A program made the position numbers and the translations under genes. A stretch of 64,000 nt of DNA from Azolla caroliniana (lineage: Eukaryota; Plantae; Polypodiophyta), in contig JBHGNT010000020.1 in assembly GCA_043228905.1 (NCBI GenBank), forward strand, positions 9,796,001-9,860,000, written 5' to 3'. Below are positions 60,201 to 64,000 of the stretch, one piece after another; position 1 is the stretch's first letter, and each line of letters starts with the position of its first letter. The notes under the pieces are model-generated. The model ran no database searches. It was not told the origin of the DNA and worked only from the letters and a program-made list of their open reading frames with translations.

Positions 60201-61584
60201 AAGAGGATGAAGTGGAGTTTACTGGGGCTAACTCTGGCCAATCAAAAGAAGGGATGAATAAGGATTCGAGACGTTTGAGAGTTAAGAAGAGTCTGCTACA
60301 GAGCAGCGTGTGCATTAAGCTCCTAAAGAAGAGGTTGAGGGTTTGAATCTGTTAATCTAAATTTGTGAGATATATGAGTAAGTCAAGAATTCATATCCAT
60401 ACTGCAGGATTGATTCAGATGGTGTTGGTGTTAGAATTGTGAACTTGAATGTTGTTTGTTGATGTCAAATTAAGAATGATGCATTCTCAGTATGCATATT
60501 TGCAAATGATTGAGTCCATTCGATATGCGTTAACATATTTTCTAGTGTCTATATGAATATATTCAAATGATTGCATCCATTTTGTGTTCGCATATGTAAC
60601 CATCTATATGCGTATTTGGAAGTGATGTTAGTTTTCAAATGTTTGAATCCATTTTTTATTCAAATTTACATACCTATCTATATGCATATTTGCAAGTGAT
60701 TGATCCATTTTATGTTTGCTATTTGTATGCATATTTGCAAATGATTGAATCCATTTTATGTTTCCTGTTTGTATGCATATTTACGAATGATTGAATCCAT
60801 TTTATGTTTCCAGTTTGTATCGTGTTTGCAAATGATTGAATCCAGTTTATTCGTTTAACAAAATGATTCCCCATCTGTAGCATTAATTGGTGATGTTTAA
60901 AACAGGCTTTTTGAAAAATTGTGCATTCTCAAGATGCATATTTACAAATGATTGAATCCATTCAATATGCTTTAACAACATACTTTTTAGTGCCTATATG
61001 AATATTTTCAACAATTACATCTGTTTTGTTCTAACATGCGTTCCCACCTATGTGCATGTTTCAAACTATTGAATCCGTTTTGTGTTCCAATTTCCATAAC
61101 CATCTTCTATATGCATATTTGCAAGTCATCAAATCCATTTTTGTGTTTACTGTTTGTATGCATACTTGCAAATGATTAAATCCATTTTATGCTTTTAACA
61201 CTATTCTCCCCCATCTATAGTACTATTTTCTGATGTTTATATTCCATTTTATTTCTTTTGACAGAATGCGAAGCTTTCCAAGAAGGCTACAGTGGAAAAG
61301 TTTGATCATATCAAGCGGAAGCCTTATAATGAACATAAGCAGGCAGATAATGGTCAGTTGGTGTTGTATATGACGGAAAATTTTAAGCATTGCTTGGCTT
61401 ATCATATGTAAGTATGTACTTTTACATGGTTTATGTTTACAATGCAGCAAAGAAACAATGCAAGGATCAAAGGTTGGTAGATTTTCCAGAGTTTTCAAAG
61501 GCTCCAACAGCAGTGACAGTGAAAGCAAAGATGAGCTCACATGCACCAAGTAAATATGTTGGTGGCTATAGTGGATATGGATGA
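57284..61584 (+). CDS. MED26: MED26-like / TFIIS N-terminal domain protein, 9 coding exons, 475 aa predicted
   Basis: Manual model with GT-AG introns: 57284-57769, 57884-57952, 58466-58548, 58644-58711, 58793-58965, 59142-59169, 59291-59586, 61265-61352, 61448-61584 (1428 nt, in frame). N-terminus WRDYFR...DIWTLIEQAI..AA.D; TFIIS-N core LERLETMHLSLDILK/ITEIGKQVNCLRKH...LVRSWK; C-terminal KRK...QADNAKKQ, as in plant MED26-family proteins. Confidence 0.85.
59686..61200. repeat. Degenerate ~45-55-bp repeat (TATGCATATTTGCAAATGATTGAATCCATTTT) array in MED26 intron 7
   Basis: More than 12 recognisable copies, interrupted by unrelated sequence at ~59960-60470; higher-order duplication starting near 60480 and 60923. 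Confidence 0.75.
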
Positions 61585-62654
61585 TATAATAATAGTAATA
61601 CTAAACGAGAGGGTTTCTTGGGTGCTCCCAATAGAGGTGGTTTTGGAAGTGGTCTTTTATCATGTCATCTGAGTGTAGAATAGTGGCAGAAACTTCACAC
61701 GACGTTACTAAGGATTTGCCGATTCGGTGTGGAATATATAAATGTGAGATAGCGGAAAACACGATGCATGGTAATGAAGTTTTGAATGAGGGTAATTGGA
61801 TCCATGGATGGTTAGAAAGTTTATGATTTTCTAAAGAGAAATTCTTAATCATATGCAAATGCAATTGCAAAATTTTGGGCAGTGCTTTTCCATTCATTGT
61901 TTCACGACTTGGGAATCATCACTCCTTGTTACGTGAGTTGCTGAAACAGCTTCTACAAGGATGCAACTATGTGGTTGACATGGCTTAAAAGGATTTTTGA
62001 ATTGGTGTCCCATCCACCTCTAAGGATGTAGAGAGCAATGACAATTGACATGGTTTAGGAGAAAAGAAAACAAGGGATTGTAACCTTATGGTCTAAGTTC
62101 ATCTCAACAGTGTGTTAGCTTATGGTCTAAGCTCATCTCAATAACGTGTCAGCTTATGTTCTAAGCTTATCTCAAGTCCATAGCATGATTGTGTTATTGG
62201 TACTGAACCAAATGTTACAAAACATATAAATGTTCACGTAATTATGGAGGCATAATGTCTCCCTTGTGTGAACCATCTTGACTTTTTATTGAAACCACCA
62301 AGATCATGCTTTATGATGTCATTCTTTTTACTTCATTATACCTAGTAATGGCAAGGTTTGATTGAAGTTTTTAATTTCAGTGTCTTTAGAAAGATGTTTG
62401 CTCCAAGTGTTGAGCAAAAACCTAGGATGTGGTGGAACTTTGGGATACAATTGCCTGTGTTGAGCAAAAACTTGGGATGTAGTGGAGCTCGAGGTGGTAT
62501 CATTAGGTAGGCCACAATTGCTTTTGTCGAGCATACATGTGGGAAATCTATAACCCAACAAGAATTATTAGCATACATTGACCAAGATGTCATAATTATT
62601 CTCTTCCTTGAGAGAAACTAGTGCCCAACATAGGGAGCAACTATTGGAAAGCTC

Positions 62655-62882
62655 AGACAATAGGAAATAGGTATATGACATCAACACTAACTTTCACTTG
62701 GGATCAACTATAGGAGCGCGGACAATAGTGAATAGGCATATGACATCCACGTCCTCTTTTCCTTGAGAGCAATTACATGAGTGTATAGACATAGTGAATA
62801 GGATCATACCATCTATGTTCTCTTTGACTCGAATACAACTACATGAGAGAGTGCACAATAGTCAATAGGCACATGGCATCCA
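62655..62882. repeat. Degenerate ~65-bp tandem repeat x4
   Basis: ACAATAGTGAATAGGCATATGACATC-like core at ~62657, 62722, 62788 and 62855. Confidence 0.6.
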
Positions 62883-63049
62883 TGTTTGAATCTTGCTAGT
62901 TAATGAAAGTGGCAGCTAGCCAAATTGTCAAAATAACTTCTTACGCTCATGTAGGAATACATTTAGTCCTATTTATGATGAGCTCTTGTGTTTAGTGGTA
63001 TTGAATATCAAAAGGGTGTTTATGATGAGCTCTTGTCTTATGCATCATC

Positions 63050-63960
63050 CTTAAGAGTTGATTGTTGCCACCATATTTGGATTGGTTCATAGCTTCTAGA
63101 GATGTATCACCATTTGAAGAGGTCCATGATGATAGCATTAGCCAATTGGACTTTGTCTAAATATTGTGCAACTACAACTCCTAAGCTTTGGTGCCCAACT
63201 CTAGATAGAATTGTCTCATTAGAATTGCTTCAAAGATAAAGCATTGTAAAGTTTGATCCAATTTGAGGATTCATATGAAGTTTCTGAACAAAGGGAAATA
63301 ACTTCTTGATTCCAATTTGTTGAGCGCATTCAAAATAGTGGAACGATTTAATCTCTCTAGATCTTTGGAAGGCCAAGTTGAAGTAAAGGATTCCTATGTA
63401 TATTGAGAGTCACAATTGCAAGCACAAATGGGTGCTTCTTTATGACCCATGTTGCTAAGGATCAACACGCTCAAGGATATGCAGCCCTAGTCACTATAGA
63501 ATGACATGCCACCATACCCCCTATCAAAGATTCCTATACCAAATTATGGTTATTCAACACCACGATCACCCCTTGGCCTGGGCAGCAAGAACTTTCCACC
63601 CTTTTGATATTCTACACCTCGAGTCTCCAAAATGATGAAATGAATAAGGTATAGTGACAAAATTTATGGCAACTATATACTCAAAAGACTAGGATCATAC
63701 CAAGTTAACCTCTTCCCCCAAGGATTGGCTACTATAATATCATAGGATGGATTCATACAAAGATCTAAGTAAATGGAGATCTACATGTCACATAACGTTG
63801 TTGAAACAAAAGCCAACTCAAAGTTTCCTCCCACCAACTAGAGATTGAAGCGGGAAGAACACTTCACATACTTACACTAGAAAGGTTTTGCATATTATGT
63901 CAAGGAAAAATCGAAAGCAATGAGCATTTTGTGCATAGATGCCCAACTTACAAACACATG
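63050..63960 (+). mobile_element. Decayed non-LTR (LINE) ORF2 3' remnant
   Basis: 63811-63957 translates to SQLKVSSHQLEIEAGR...ERFCILCQGKIESNEHFVHRCPTY, the SHxLxIExGR...CxxC...ExH...C C-terminal motif of non-LTR ORF2s. The left boundary is uncertain. Confidence 0.6.
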
Positions 63961-64000
63961 ATACATCCAAGAGAAGTATGGCACCCTCTAGACTAACTCC

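Noticed and set aside
59988-60408. MITE in MED26 intron 7
   Set aside because: Only an 8/9 inverted match (CCTACAGTA/TACTGCAGG) and no clear TSD.

Overview
Eukaryotic land-plant nuclear DNA, probably fern or another non-seed plant (inferred from the retroelement types). About 50 of the 64 kb is a deeply nested stack of LTR retrotransposons. There are two clear host genes: an intronless MFS polyol/sugar transporter (36212-37801, -) and a 9-exon MED26/TFIIS-N-terminal-domain gene (57284-61584, +). Three groups of LTR elements are present: (i) tRNA-iMet-primed Ty1/Copia elements, two of them complete with 5-bp TSDs; (ii) two copies of an old chromodomain-bearing Ty3/Gypsy (chromovirus) with TG...TA LTR ends; (iii) a chromodomain-less Ty3/Gypsy group whose LTRs start TGTCGTGAAGA and which has a tRNA-Trp PBS. 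Group (iii) is the most striking. It comprises one pol-encoding copy, two gag-only satellites plus the 3' end of a probable third, and two solo LTRs. All six insertions lie inside Copia coding sequence at a CpG-centred 4-mer (ACG[C/G] or its reverse complement), shown as a 4-bp TSD at the four sites where both ends are visible. Other notable structure includes a telomere-repeat plus templated-filler repair scar replacing RNase H, a hairpin array in the chromovirus leader, a frameshift shared by independent Copia insertions, duplicated PPTs and mosaic LTRs. All calls come from reading the sequence; no searches were run.
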